The notes beneath the pieces are model-generated. The model was not told where the DNA came from. It ran no database searches and saw nothing but the letters and a program-made list of their open reading frames with translations. From positions 9,734,001 through 9,798,000 of the forward strand of contig NC_043004.1 of assembly GCF_006345805.1 (NCBI RefSeq): a DNA stretch of 64,000 bases, read 5' to 3'. Shown here piece by piece: positions 11,755 to 23,349 of the stretch (the first letter of the stretch is position 1; every line of letters starts with the position of its first letter). This DNA comes from Octopus sinensis. Taxonomy: Eukaryota. The position numbers and the translations under genes are program-made.

Positions 11755-12770
11755 TGGTGTTGAGGAATAATTCATGAGCGTTTGTTTCTTTTTTCTTTTT
11801 TAAATATTTAAAAATTGTTTTAAGTTACCTAAAAGAGGATTTTTTGCTCTACAATACAGTGTGTTTTGATTTATTAATTTTATGGACTTTTGTGTATTTT
11901 CAGATAATTAATATGGAGTGTCGAGTGGACAAAACAGCATTTTCGATACCATTTGCTTTTTGCATTTAATCGAGGTGTTAAGGCCGTTGAAGCTGCTCAT
12001 GATATTTGTGTCGTGTATGAAGGAGAAATGGCTCAAAGTACCGCCAGCCGTTGGTTATTCACGCTTCAAAAATGGCAATTTTGACCTCAAGGACGGGTCA
12101 AACACCGATCGACCAATTGAGTTCGCTGAAGAGTGATTGAATCAACTTCTTCACTAAAATCTACGTCAAACGAGCAAAGAATTGGCGGAGCAGATGGATT
12201 GTGATAAAAAAAAAATCTGTGGTGACCCACCTTCACTCAATGGAGAAGATTAAGAAACTCGGTGCTTGGGTGCCACACAGTTTGAACGAAAACAACAATA
12301 ATTAACGCACCACAATCGCCGTCAGTTTTCTCGTTCGACATCGCTCAACACATGGTCACAGACATCGTTTTTTTACTGAATTGTTACTGGCTATGAAAAA
12401 TGGTGCCTTTACGTCAATATGAAGCAGTGAAAAGAATGACTCAACCCCGACAAACAAGCGACTCCGCAAGCAAAACAAAACTTCCGTCCTCGAAAGACCC
12501 ATGTTGTGTGTATGGTGAAGCTGGGAAGGCATAATTCATTAAGGACTGCTTTAGCGCAGCTAAACACTCAATATAAAGTTCTACATTCAACAACAGCAAC
12601 AACTGCAACGACTAAAAAAGACCGAATAGACGAAATGGCATTCTTCTGCAACACGCCAATGCCAGTCAATATGACCAAAGCCGCGATTCAAGAACTCAAA
12701 TGGGAATTGCTACCTCACCCTCCATACTCTCCAGAATTGGCGCCGTCAGATCTTCCTCTCTTTCGACCGA
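11755..12770 (+). mobile_element. Mariner transposon, decayed transposase, 3' end lost
   Basis: MECRVDK...FKNGNFDLKD, LGAWVPHSL, IVTGYEKW (D mutated), WELLPHPPYSPELAPSD; stops, frameshifts and an internal deletion. Confidence 0.9.
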
Positions 12771-12771
12771 G

Positions 12772-13392
12772 TATGTTCTCAAGAAAAATTTCAGCAAAAT
12801 GCTAAAATGTAAAAATGAGCAAGACAAATGAAAATATACGAAATAAAAAAAACCATTACCTGTGTACCATAGTTTTGTTAATATCTACGTATGCAAACAA
12901 GCAGATATCTGCAAGATCGTCAGCGTAGTCTGTCGCTTACAAAACACAATTTCCAGAATTAGATACAGAACGCTCAATTGAAATCGAGCATGTATAAAGT
13001 TCTCCACATTATATATTTGGGTGTATTTTTCAAATGTCTTCACTTTGGCGCGCTGAGGTCGGAAATTACTCTGCACTTAATAAATTTCAGCAGTCAATTC
13101 TCCAGTCAGAGAACATATTTTTTATTTGCGAAGACATTTGAAAAATACACCCAAATATAATTTGTAGAACTTTATACATACTCGATTTCGGTTGAGCGTT
13201 CTGTATCTAGTTCTGGAAATTGTGTTTTGTAAGCGACAGACAACGCTGAAGATCTTGCAGATATCTGCATGTTTGCATACGTAGGTATTAACAAGTGAAA
13301 CCAATGGTGCGTAGGTAATCGTTTTTTATTTCGTATATTTTCATTTGCCTTGCTCATTTTTACATTTTGGCGTTTTTTCTTCAGAACACATT
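12772..13392. repeat. Foldback element: about 270-bp inverted arms around an about 88-bp spacer
   Basis: 12772-13041 is the imperfect reverse complement of 13130-13392 (e.g. gcagatatctgcaagatcgtcagcg vs cgctgaagatcttgcagatatctgc). Confidence 0.9.
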
Positions 13393-13494
13393 CTTCGTGG
13401 TAATGGCGATTTGACATCTATGTTTAGCATATTATGTGTCCACTTTAGTGGTCATTCCTCTTAATTTTGTATACACACACACACACCATATATA

Positions 13495-13559
<65 letters not shown>

Positions 13560-14722
13560 TATATACATATGTATATATGCATATGTGTGTGTGTGTGTGT
13601 GTGTGTCCGTTTAGAATTAACTTTCGGAAAAACAGTACTCACTATCATGGTAGGGTTTAACGATATTTTATTTGGGTCGAGTCATCCTCTTGGTATCCCC
13701 AGTTTCATCTGTGGGCACCTGTCTGTCTACAGGTGAAATAACAGAAATAATAATAACTCCAGGCTAGTGCACCAGCTTGGTCGCAGTCCGATAGCTGAAA
13801 TAGCTAATGGTTAAAAGAAGAATAATAGAACAGCTACAACTTCATTCACCTGAATAAGCAATATATCGAACCTTATTTATTTATTTATCTTTTTGTTCAC
13901 ACATTGCTTTTACGCCTTGTTACACACATTATTACAATCTATCATGTCATCTATTAGAAAAATATGCATACTCAATATTCACGTTTGTTTAGAAACGATA
14001 CATTGGCAACGAAGCCCGTTATATCTCTTGCCATTATAAACGTCTCGATAATAGCGCTGCTTCCTGAAAGTTTCAAAGAAAGCTGCTAGTCATGGTATTG
14101 ATGCCATTCTTCGGGGTAAAAATTATTAGAAAAGGTTATTTTGAAAGAAAGAAAGAAAGAAAGAAAGAATAAATGAAGATGGGGAAACACCCATCAACGC
14201 ACGCATTTATAATGTATGGCATCATTCCTTAGGCAGTTCTGTATAAGTTGCTGTATATATTTGTACATTCTAAATATGTATGAGATACATTCATAAATCT
14301 GTGTATGCATTTATACACAGACTCATACACGTACACAAACACATACGTATATACACACAAACACCCACGCACACATCCAATTGTTTCACTTAAAGATAGC
14401 GATACTAATAACTTGATATAACTCAATAATATTCTTATGCTTCAGAATAAAGCGTTCGTTGAGTACAGAACAAAAAATAAAAATAATATTAAATAAAAGA
14501 CGAAGGAAATTATGCGACGAACTTCCTATGTTTACCGTTCTAACTGCTGTAAGATGCAATGTACTCAGACGTGAGTGTTTGGGCACCAACTTTTAGCTTC
14601 CACGCAGCTTCAAAATAAAAAGAGCATCGTCGAAGAATAAGAAAATACATAAGAAAACTGAGTTGAGAGTTTCAAGGATAAAACCACTCCCAGAAATATG
14701 GAGATTTGGATAATTTCGTATG

Positions 14723-14783
<61 letters not shown>

Positions 14784-14879
14784 TAAATAAATAAATAAAT
14801 GGAGTTGAACGAAGATTTTAATAAAATTCTTTTACTTTTCGACGTATCTTTCGAAGATAACATGGTTTTATTCCAAAGG

Positions 14880-15250
14880 AATAAACGGTGTAAAATGCAA
14901 TCTTCTCATCAGGAAAGAAAGAGAGCCACTCTCAACAACAAGACATTATAACAATTACGATGACTCCGCAGTTTTTACCTTTGGATAGTTCGCTTCAACC
15001 GTGTTTCTGACTACCCTGGTAACGGTTCATTGAATTTTCCATGTTAACGGTAAAGATAGGATAATTCATTCACCCATTGAAATATATATGGTCATTTCAG
15101 TATGTGACCGCGTGTGTATCGTTGGCGATTTTCTTTCTCCGTCTTCCCTTCTTTCTGATGAAGAGCTCCGCTCGAAACTGGAACTCCTCTTTCTTTTCTT
15201 TCCTTCCTGAGCGCCCAATAACACTGTACTTGTTCCACGTCCTCGCGTTG
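14880..15250 (+). mobile_element. PLE 3' end and terminal repeat fragment
   Basis: LLIRKEREPLS-like C-terminus, then a terminal repeat related to 978-1240 (tttcctgagcgcc-aata-aca...ttccac), ending at (TA)n. Confidence 0.65.
15151..15185 (+). ncRNA. Minimal hammerhead motif, canonical core, damaged stem III
   Basis: CTTT-CTGATGA-A-GAGC-TCC-GCTC-GAAAC-TGGAAC; TG replaces the GT needed for stem III. Confidence 0.55.
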
Positions 15251-15303
15251 TATATATATATATATATATATATAGATATATATATATATATATATATATA
15301 TAC

Positions 15304-16121
15304 ACGAGGGGGTACACAAAAGAAACCGGAATTTTACAGTGTTATTTTATGCACTTAATTTTACACATTTATCGCCTTCAAAGAAATGCATCAGTCCAGG
15401 TGTGTTTTCCACTGTTCGAAGCAGTGTTGGAACTCTTGGCCAAACGTTCTATTTTTTTTTTTCTTTACCTCTTTCGCGTCTGCAAATTCTGTAGCACCAG
15501 CTTCAATCACCAATGAAAAAGGTCCGAATCAACTTCCAACTGTCCTTTCAGTTCGTGACACGCATTCAGCCATGGCTGCTTTTGATCTTCCGTGAGTAAG
15601 CGAGGCATAGATTTTGCTGCAACTGTTTTCATTCGCAATTCCTCGCTCAAAATTCGCTGGTAGGAGCTCCAGGACACACCAGTCAATTATTTGGTGACGG
15701 TCCACCAAGATCACTTCATGAATTTTCATGATGTTTTCATTCGTTCGGGAGGTCGAAGGTCACCGTGAACGAGATTGGTCTTCAAGTGACCATTCCTAAA
15801 GCCTAGAAACCACTCATAGACTTGTGTTTTCCTCATGGCAGCGTCCTTGTAAGCCGTTTGAAGCATGACAACGATTTTGGGTGCCGTTTTCAGAATTTTA
15901 CGGAAGCACACAGTTCCTTCGTTTCAATCATTTCAAAGATCTACGAAAAGAGAAGAACAAACCAAAGACGTATCACGTGGCGGTGCGACTGCATCCAATG
16001 ACAACAGTCAGTAAACTGATGTTTGGGGGTTGAAACAAGCGGCTTCTAGCAACGGAGGCGTGAACTACAACGGGCTTGTTCCACACAGAACGTTTCTGGC
16101 TAATTTTGGGTACGCCCTCGT
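15304..16121 (-). mobile_element. Internally deleted mariner transposon with both TIRs
   Basis: TIRs acgagggggtacacaaaagaaaccggaa vs acgagggcgtacccaaaattagccagaa; peptide MLQTAYKDAAMRKTQVYEWFLGFRNG (mariner HTH). Confidence 0.9.
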
Positions 16122-16271
16122 TTGTATGCATATATATATATATATATATATATAACGAAAAAATACATATCAAGTACAGGACATCACCAACGAGAGTCAA
16201 GTACGGGACAAAATACCAAAAGAAGCTTATCACCTCCTCAGTTGTCGACTGTTTATTTCTACATGTTTCGT

Positions 16272-16324
<53 letters not shown>

Positions 16325-16332
16325 ATATATAA

Positions 16333-17553
16333 TTGGATCGGAACAGTTTGATTCAGATTCGTTGGTACTCTGAGTTTCAAGTGTAATGCTATTCTTCAGC
16401 CATTTTGAATTTGAATGAAAGAAGTTGATTGTTATTACTGTTAGGTGGGCGGCGATTGGTCGAGGAAGGTCACGTGGTGTCGTGGTTTGATGTTGGTATA
16501 TCGGTATATCAGCGACAAGAGTTAGTGGGAAAATATCGCATGGTGAAGAAGAAATCGACCGCGTAGAGGAGAGGAAATTGGTTGGGTTGTTGGATGCGTG
16601 TGGACGCGCTCATATGATTTTGCGTCCATGTATGTATTGATGCGATGGTGCGCATCTGTACATGGGCACGTACACGCCCCCACATATATGAACGAACATA
16701 CGCGCGCATGCACACACACACACACACATACGCACATACACAGACATGCATACACAGGTATGCATACACACACATGTGTATTCATTTATATGTACATATG
16801 TATATACGCATGCATATTAGTGTGCGCGTGCACATGTGTACTCACGCGCACATGCATGAGTATACATGCGCGTAACAAGTGTTGGGGGTTGGTAAGAGTT
16901 GGGATTTGATAATCGTTAGGGATTGGTAATCAGCGGTCTTGCTCATGGTGTTGGTTGGTGACGGTGACTTTAGTGCAGGCGGTGCAGAATGGAAGCTGAT
17001 ACTAAGGTGGTATATTTGGGTTGTCGGTTGTCAGAGGCTTGAAATTTGCCTGAAGGGCGTACCTCTGATGATAGCAATAAAATAAAACGTATTTCTTGTT
17101 GATGGATTCTGCAGAATGTTGGAGGATATGCAGTTTTTCGCGGAGGCAGAGCTGGCAGTTGAGGCCAATAAGTGACTATGGTGGCGCTCTGTCGACAATA
17201 GTCCACTTGATTCTCGATGTTTCGTCTCGGAGGTCACGGAGCCTCCACAGAAAACGAGACAGGGAAGTAGAGTTCTCTCTGTCTCTGAATCTGAAAGAGT
17301 GCATATACTTGGAGTATCTTCCCTTGAACTCATTAATTATCATACTCGTATAGTCCCCAGTAATGCCATCGGATGACGTAAGAATGGCTCTGTATACCAC
17401 AGCTCTTGAGAGACAGGATCCTTCTAGACGGCACATGGTGGGGTTTCGGTAGGTTAGGATTGGAGTAGTGTGTGCACATTTTTATGCCTGTTAATGCGTG
17501 CCAGGTTAGATGCGATGTTGTCTAAGTAGGACTAGCTCATCTTGACATTATGC
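16333..17553 (-). mobile_element. Penelope-like element (third family): GIY-YIG C-terminus plus terminal repeat
   Basis: CRLEGSCLSRAVVYRAILT..DYTSMIINEFKGRYSKYMHSF..STSLSRFLWRLRD..IKWTIVDRAP..CQLCLREKLHIL; truncated by the SINE at 17554; ends at (TA)n. Confidence 0.85.
16347..16420 (-). ncRNA. Type I hammerhead ribozyme with extended stem I
   Basis: TTT-C-ATTCA-A-ATTC-AAAA-TGG CTGAAGA AT-AGC-ATTAC-ACT-T GAA ACT-CAG-AGT A CCA-AC-GAAT-C-TGAAT-C-AAA; canonical core, GUA cleavage triplet, 15-bp interrupted stem I. Confidence 0.8.
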
Positions 17554-17792
17554 GGAGGCGCATGGCTTAGTGGTTAGGGTGTTGGACTCATGATCCTAAC
17601 CTTGGAATTTCGATCCCTGGGCCGGGCGATGCGTTCTGTTTATGAGCAAAACAATTCATTTCACGTTGCTCCAGTACACTCAACTGGCAAAATGAGTAAC
17701 CCTGCGCTGGACCGTCCTGGTGGGGAATTTATACGCCATTGAAACCGGGAATCCGGCTCTCGTGAACCTGGCATGACTCGAGCAGGAAACGT
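17554..17792 (+). mobile_element. tRNA-derived SINE family B
   Basis: GGAGGCGCATGGCTTAGTGGTTAGG (A box), ttcgatccc (B-box-like), catttcacgttgctccagtacactcaactgg. Confidence 0.85.
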
Positions 17793-17803
17793 TTATAGAT
17801 ATT

Positions 17804-18496
17804 TTATAAATAAGGGCAAAATTAAAAAAAATTTTATGCCAATATGCTGAAAAATAGACTTTAGATCGTCTAACTACATACAATATTTTTCTTTATAAAT
17901 ACACAGCGTGTTGAAACGAGGAAAGTAAGCTAACAGAAATTGTTGAAATTCCGTTATCTCCGAATGAGACCGATTTCTGGATTAATCGAAAAGAAGTCTT
18001 CCTTCATCAACGAAGAACACGATAAGAATAAATGAATACTTACATGTACCCACGGAAAAAGCAGATGCAAAGTCATGTGTACATTTAAGTACCCTAAATA
18101 TATCCAAACAGAAAATCCTGTAGCAAGCCTCAACACACGTGTAGTCGGTCAGGAATCTCATGTAAAGTGATTGCTAGTCCCGAAGTGAATGGTAATAAAT
18201 TTACTTCTAAGGATAACATTTTTCAAAAAAATAATATCTGATCAGGGGCCAGAATATTAGAATACATTTTAAGGTGAAAATTATAAATAAGCAATTATAA
18301 ATAAGGGCAAAAGAAAAATATTTTCTGTGCCAATATGCTGAAAAATAGATTTTAGATCGTCTAACCACATACAAAATTTTTAATAATAAATACACAACGT
18401 GTTGAAAGAAGGAGGGGCAAGCTAACAGAAATTTTTAAAATTCGTTATCCCCGAATCGGACCGATTTCTGGATTAATCCAAAAGGATTCTTCCTTC
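17804..18496 (+). repeat. About 200-bp imperfect direct repeat, 491-bp period
   Basis: 17804-18005 matches 18295-18496 (ttataaataagggcaaaa...ccaatatgctgaaaaataga...ttagatcgtctaac...gaccgatttctggattaatc). Confidence 0.9.
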
Positions 18497-18943
18497 GCCA
18501 TCCTTTAAACTCAAATTCTCGGCTTCAAGAGCGTCCTATCGATCCGTCGTGGCCTGGAATTAGTAGTAGCCACTGAGTGTGTCAAGAGATGTGCTGTAAT
18601 TGAAAGTCCGTTGGCAAACTGCTTTGAATGTATGGATGGAGTGGGATGGTGGCTTTGCTACTGTTAAAGGGATTGGCATTTCATTTCTTTGTACTGTTGA
18701 TTTATTCTTCAAGGTTGGTTACACTTGCGATTTTCCTTGGCTGACCTTTAAGAACAGGCCCACACGTACATGTAAGACCGTTCTGTCGGTGTAGCGAGGA
18801 GTAAACTATAATCCGAATAAGACAAAGAAATCCTTTAACACATCGCTAATGATTTGTTAAAATTGTTTCTGTAACAACTCAGTTTGCCACACCAGTTTGA
18901 AGTGAAAATTTACAAAGTAATATTTGCGGTTTTAGTGGTACTG

Positions 18944-18992
18944 CATCAGACTTGCATCATCAAAGGTGGACTCCTTTGATGTAAGTCTGGTG
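18944..18992 (+). other. Isolated 49-nt hairpin
   Basis: CATCAGACTTGCATC(ATC)AAAGG-TGGACT-CCTTTGATGTAAGTCTGGTG: 20-bp stem with two G-U pairs and a 3-nt bulge. Confidence 0.5.
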
Positions 18993-19362
18993 AAATTATA
19001 AATAACTGCGTGTAAATGTTGGACCGAAAAAGGCTGTGAACAGAAAACGTTGAAGATTGGCCATAGTTGATGAGATAGCTCAAAACTAGATACAGGGGCA
19101 AGAATTACTCTGAAGTCCAGAAGATCGCTTCTCAGCCACGTGATTTCCGCTTCGTCTCAATACGCAGCCCTTAGGATGTGTAGTTTCTACAATAATCCCA
19201 GACTATAGTAGTAAGTGCATACACCCCCCTCTCTCTCTTTCTCTCTCTGTCACACACAAACACATATAAACACATATGTATATATATATTAGTTGATCGA
19301 GTACCTTTTTATTTCTTAAAGCATTGCCACATAATTATATATATACACACACATACACACAA

Positions 19363-19406
<44 letters not shown>

Positions 19407-19407
<1 letters not shown>

Positions 19408-19485
19408 TACTTAGCAGAAGCAACAGAGTTCGTGCGATGCACGAACTCTCGATCCTTGAGTCACTCTGCTGCTTCTGTTAAGTAT
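19407..19485. mobile_element. 79-bp mini-MITE-like inverted-repeat element
   Basis: 23-bp TIR ATACTTAGCAGAAGCAACAGAGT / ACTCTGCTGCTTCTGTTAAGTAT enclosing two small hairpins; adjacent to (TA)n. Confidence 0.75.
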
Positions 19486-19544
19486 TAATTAGATCCTATA
19501 CATATTCTAATATTTTGAGTTCTAAGTGAGTTGGACGCAATATA

Positions 19545-20345
19545 CAGGTAGCCTGTGGAAAATAACATGCAGTTGAATGCTGGAAGGTTCTAAGCCCTGC
19601 GCTACCAACACAAGAAGCCCAGTTAAAAATCAGATAAGATATACTGACCCAGGAGGGATTCCAATCCCTAAATTAAAATCAGTGCGTGACCTCGGCATCA
19701 ACATGAGTAATGATGCATCTTTCCAGGTACACATTACCAAGTCGGTTATAAAATGCAGACACTTGGCCGGATGGATCCTTTGAACTTTCAAAACAAGAGA
19801 AAAGGAAACCTCCTCTTGAAGACGTCGTCTGGATTACTGTCCCCAACTGTGGTCACCAAACAGTGTAAAATTAACGACGGAACTCGAAGCGACCCAACAA
19901 AGCTACATAAAGAAGATCAGCACAATGCAACATATCAGCAAATGGGAGAGACTGAACGAGTTATGATTCTACTCCCTGAAGCGAAAGCAGGAGAGATATG
20001 CTGTAATATACATCTGGAAAATACTAGAAAAACTTGTGCCAAACTTTGGCATTGTCAGCTACATAAACAGCAGGACGGGATGCCACTGCATAGTACCAAA
20101 GGTCCCAACATTGCCATCAGGATCAAGGACCAGATATTGCAACAGCTTGGGCTTCAAAGGCCCACAGCTCTTCAATATCCTCCCAAATAACCTGCATAGC
20201 GTAGATGTCGGCTTTTTCAAAACAAAACTGGATCTTCTTCTGTCAAGAGTTCCGGATGAACCTACCTCAAAGCAAGAAACATAGATGAGGGCAGCAGTAT
20301 CAAACTCCCTCATCCACCAAATGTCACATACAAGAGGAGGTTTAG
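19545..20345 (+). mobile_element. CR1/L2-clade LINE 3' fragment
   Basis: VRDLGINMSNDASFQVHITK, YAVIYIWKILEKLVPNFG, GPQLFNILP, FKTKLDLLLSRVPDEP; frameshifted. Confidence 0.85.
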
Positions 20346-21420
20346 TGGAAGTGTAGCAAAGGAAACGGCGGTGCCCCAGCATGACCGCAGTTCTTCGACT
20401 GAAAAAAAGTATATACATATGTGTGTGTGTGTTCGCGTGCGTGTAGGTGCGTATGTGTGTATGCATATACGCATGTGTGTTTGTGTACGTGCTTGTGTGC
20501 ACCTGTGTGTGCTCGTGTGTGTACATGTGTTTGTGTTTCTTCTTCCAAAACTTGGCAACCGGTGTTAGTTTCTTTACGTCCGCCATAGACAACTGACACG
20601 AAGTACTAGGAGCCAATATTTGAAACAAGTAAGAGAGTAGAAAGTGTAGAAAAGTGCCAAACAATTCGGCCATTTGGCTGCCCCAAACCAGTCTGGCCAA
20701 TTGGAATAATAACCGAAGAGATGCAGCATTTTTTTGATGGGCCACACCTAACTAACAATCTCTCTCTCTATCTATCTATCTCTCTCTCTCTCTATCTCCC
20801 TCTCTCTCTCTCTATCTCCCTCTCCCTCCTCTTCTCTCTTCTGTAAAAGTTTCGTATAGACACACACCCGGCGGGATATGCAGAAGTACGCTAATGGGTT
20901 TGGTGTTGTTAGTGTTTTTAGTAGAAGTGTTGGGGTTCTTTTAGAGTATGATAGTGGTGGTTGTGATTATGGTTGTGGTGGTGCTGGTGCTGGTGGGAAT
21001 TTTGGCGATGATTGTAGTAGTGATGGTGGCAGTTGTGGTAGTAGTATTAGTGGTGGGTGTGATAAAGGAGGAGGGGCGGTATTGGTGCAGAAGCAGCAAC
21101 GTTAACAGCAGTAGCTGTCGTACATCCCAGAATGCTTTTAATTGAATCCTTACCAATACTGCTTCGGGTATATCTCTCCCGCAGGCTAATCTTTCTGTGT
21201 ATATCTGAACACACACGCACACATATACACACACACACACTCACACAAACACACGCCTGTGTATTTATATATATATATATATACTCATATACACAAATGC
21301 ATATATATATGCATAAATATGCATGTGCATATGCACAGATACATGCGCACGCACATACAAATGCACACATGCAAATGTATATGTGTGTATCGCTAAAAAT
21401 ATATACTTAAGTACACACGT

Positions 21421-21461
<41 letters not shown>

Positions 21462-21824
21462 CACACATAGAATGAGGGGTAAAGGGGGGCGAGAGAGCAA
21501 GTGGCCATTTGAAGCAATTTATATTCTCATAGGTTTCTTATTATTTTATTTACAATGTATTCATATTGTTGATGTTGTTGTAATTTAGCTTCAGTTCATC
21601 TCATGGCCATTCTGATTTTCATATTTTATGACATAGCATCGACTGTTTTCCTCCCTTTTTAAGCCTGTATTTTCAGAGTGATTTGACTGCTATTTCTAGC
21701 AGGTCCAACGAACAGCTGAAAACATTCTCATATTGTAGAATGTTGGTTCTGTTCTTTATTCCCAGGTTAGCTCTTCCTGTCATTTTCCCAGGTGCACAGA
21801 TACTAGGAAGCTCCGGCAATTACA

Positions 21825-22300
21825 AAGATGTCCCCTTTTAAGGTTCTTGCACTAATGAATCGAATGGTTATAGATATATATTCATAGCAAACGATTTGTT
21901 CTGTGACGAAACACAACGGTAATTAGTACATTGACGCTCGAATCTGCCGGAACGTATTCTGTATAAATATGCAAATTGTCGTTTTGATTCTTGCTGTTCA
22001 CCAGGCGTATAACGATTTAATATCGATCGATGGATATCGGAAGGAAGAAGTAATCAGTTTATTTGTTAAATTTGTAAACAAGAGCCAAACGTTTGTGAGA
22101 TCTGTTAATCCGGGGTACTTTTGGCTAACAAACGCGTCAAAACAACGGATGTCCCAAAGTCCCTTGCACTAATAAATCGAATTACTTTACAAGTACATTG
22201 TTCGACATCAAGGAGAAGTTGTTCTGAGATGAGACATTCAGTAACATATTCAGGGCGAAATCTGCTGGAACGAGTTATGAATGAATAAGCAAGTTATGAC
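21825..22300. repeat. Two diverged tandem copies (about 317-bp period) of an unidentified repeat
   Basis: cttgcactaatgaatcgaat (21847) vs cttgcactaataaatcgaat (22163); ttgttctg and atctgc(c/t)ggaacg anchors keep the offset. Confidence 0.75.
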
Positions 22301-22487
22301 GATTTACCGTTTACATACTTTGTGTTGACGGTGTGTACATGTCAATGCGCCATTTTAAATGCAGCATGGTCGTGCATGTCATCATAAAAATAAGAAAAAA
22401 TACAGTAGAAAGAGTAAAGAAAAAAGTATGAAACAGAAATAAGAAAACTGTGCGAGAAAGTGTAGACGACGAGGCAGGTATTGAAAA

Positions 22488-22710
22488 GGCGACGAGCTGG
22501 TAGAATCGTTAGCACGCCGGACGAAATGCTTAGGGGTGTTTCGCCTGCCGTTACGTTCAAATTTCGCCGAGGTCAACTTTGCCTTTCATCCTTTCGGGGT
22601 CGATAAATTAAGTACCAGTTACGCACTGGGGTCGATGTAATCGACTTAATACCTATGTCTGTCCTTATCTGTCCCCTCTATGTTTGGCACCTTGTGGGTA
22701 ATAAAGAAAT
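22488..22710 (+). mobile_element. Full-length SINE family A with 12-bp TSD
   Basis: TSD AGGTATTGAAAA at 22476-22487 and 22711-22722. Confidence 0.95.
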
Positions 22711-23170
22711 AGGTATTGAAAAGGGAGTGTTATGAATAAAACGGAAGAGAAAGGGTGAAAGAGTAAAATGAAAGACCAAAGTTAGAGAACGAACGACGTA
22801 GAGAGAAAAAAAAGGAAGTGAAGAAAGAAAAGAGAAAAATATGTAGAGGCCAACGACTTGTGTCTGTGTAATATTGTTGCATTAAAACGGATAGGATTGT
22901 TAGACAGAGCAATGTTACAAGTGAATATAGAAAATGTGCAAATATTTGTGTGAAATGATTGCTCAGAGGGGGAAAAGAAAAAACAGATTTGTGTTAATAT
23001 CTAAAAAAGAGAATTGACTGGGAAATGAACGTTTGAATGTTTTCGAGGGTGAAAGACATTGATTCAAACATATGTTGGAGTGAAAAGAAGAAAGAACGTC
23101 CCAAAATTAGGAGAAAAGCAGAAACGAAAGTAGAAAAGAAACTAGAGTGATAGTCAAAGAGAGAGAGAGT

Positions 23171-23222
<52 letters not shown>

Positions 23223-23349
23223 GACACAGAGAGACAGAGAGAAAGAAAAATAGCTAGAGACAGAGAAAGACAATGTCAATAATACACTGGTGATTGGCAC
23301 TTAAGTCTTTCTAATTTTGACACAAGGCCAGCAATTTAAATGCCGAGGG

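Noticed and set aside
14845-14890. Two small adjacent hairpins (TATCTT-TCG-AAGATA; TTTATTCC-AAA-GGAATAAA)
   Set aside because: Short AT-rich stems are expected by chance; no terminator relevance in a eukaryotic context
18600-18700. Weak C2H2 zinc-finger-like peptide on minus strand (FKAVCQRTFNYSTSL)
   Set aside because: First Cys and both His are missing; single unit
20059-20745. 228-aa minus-strand ORF
   Set aside because: Runs through SINE pieces, a (TG)n tract and the antisense of the CR1/L2 fragment
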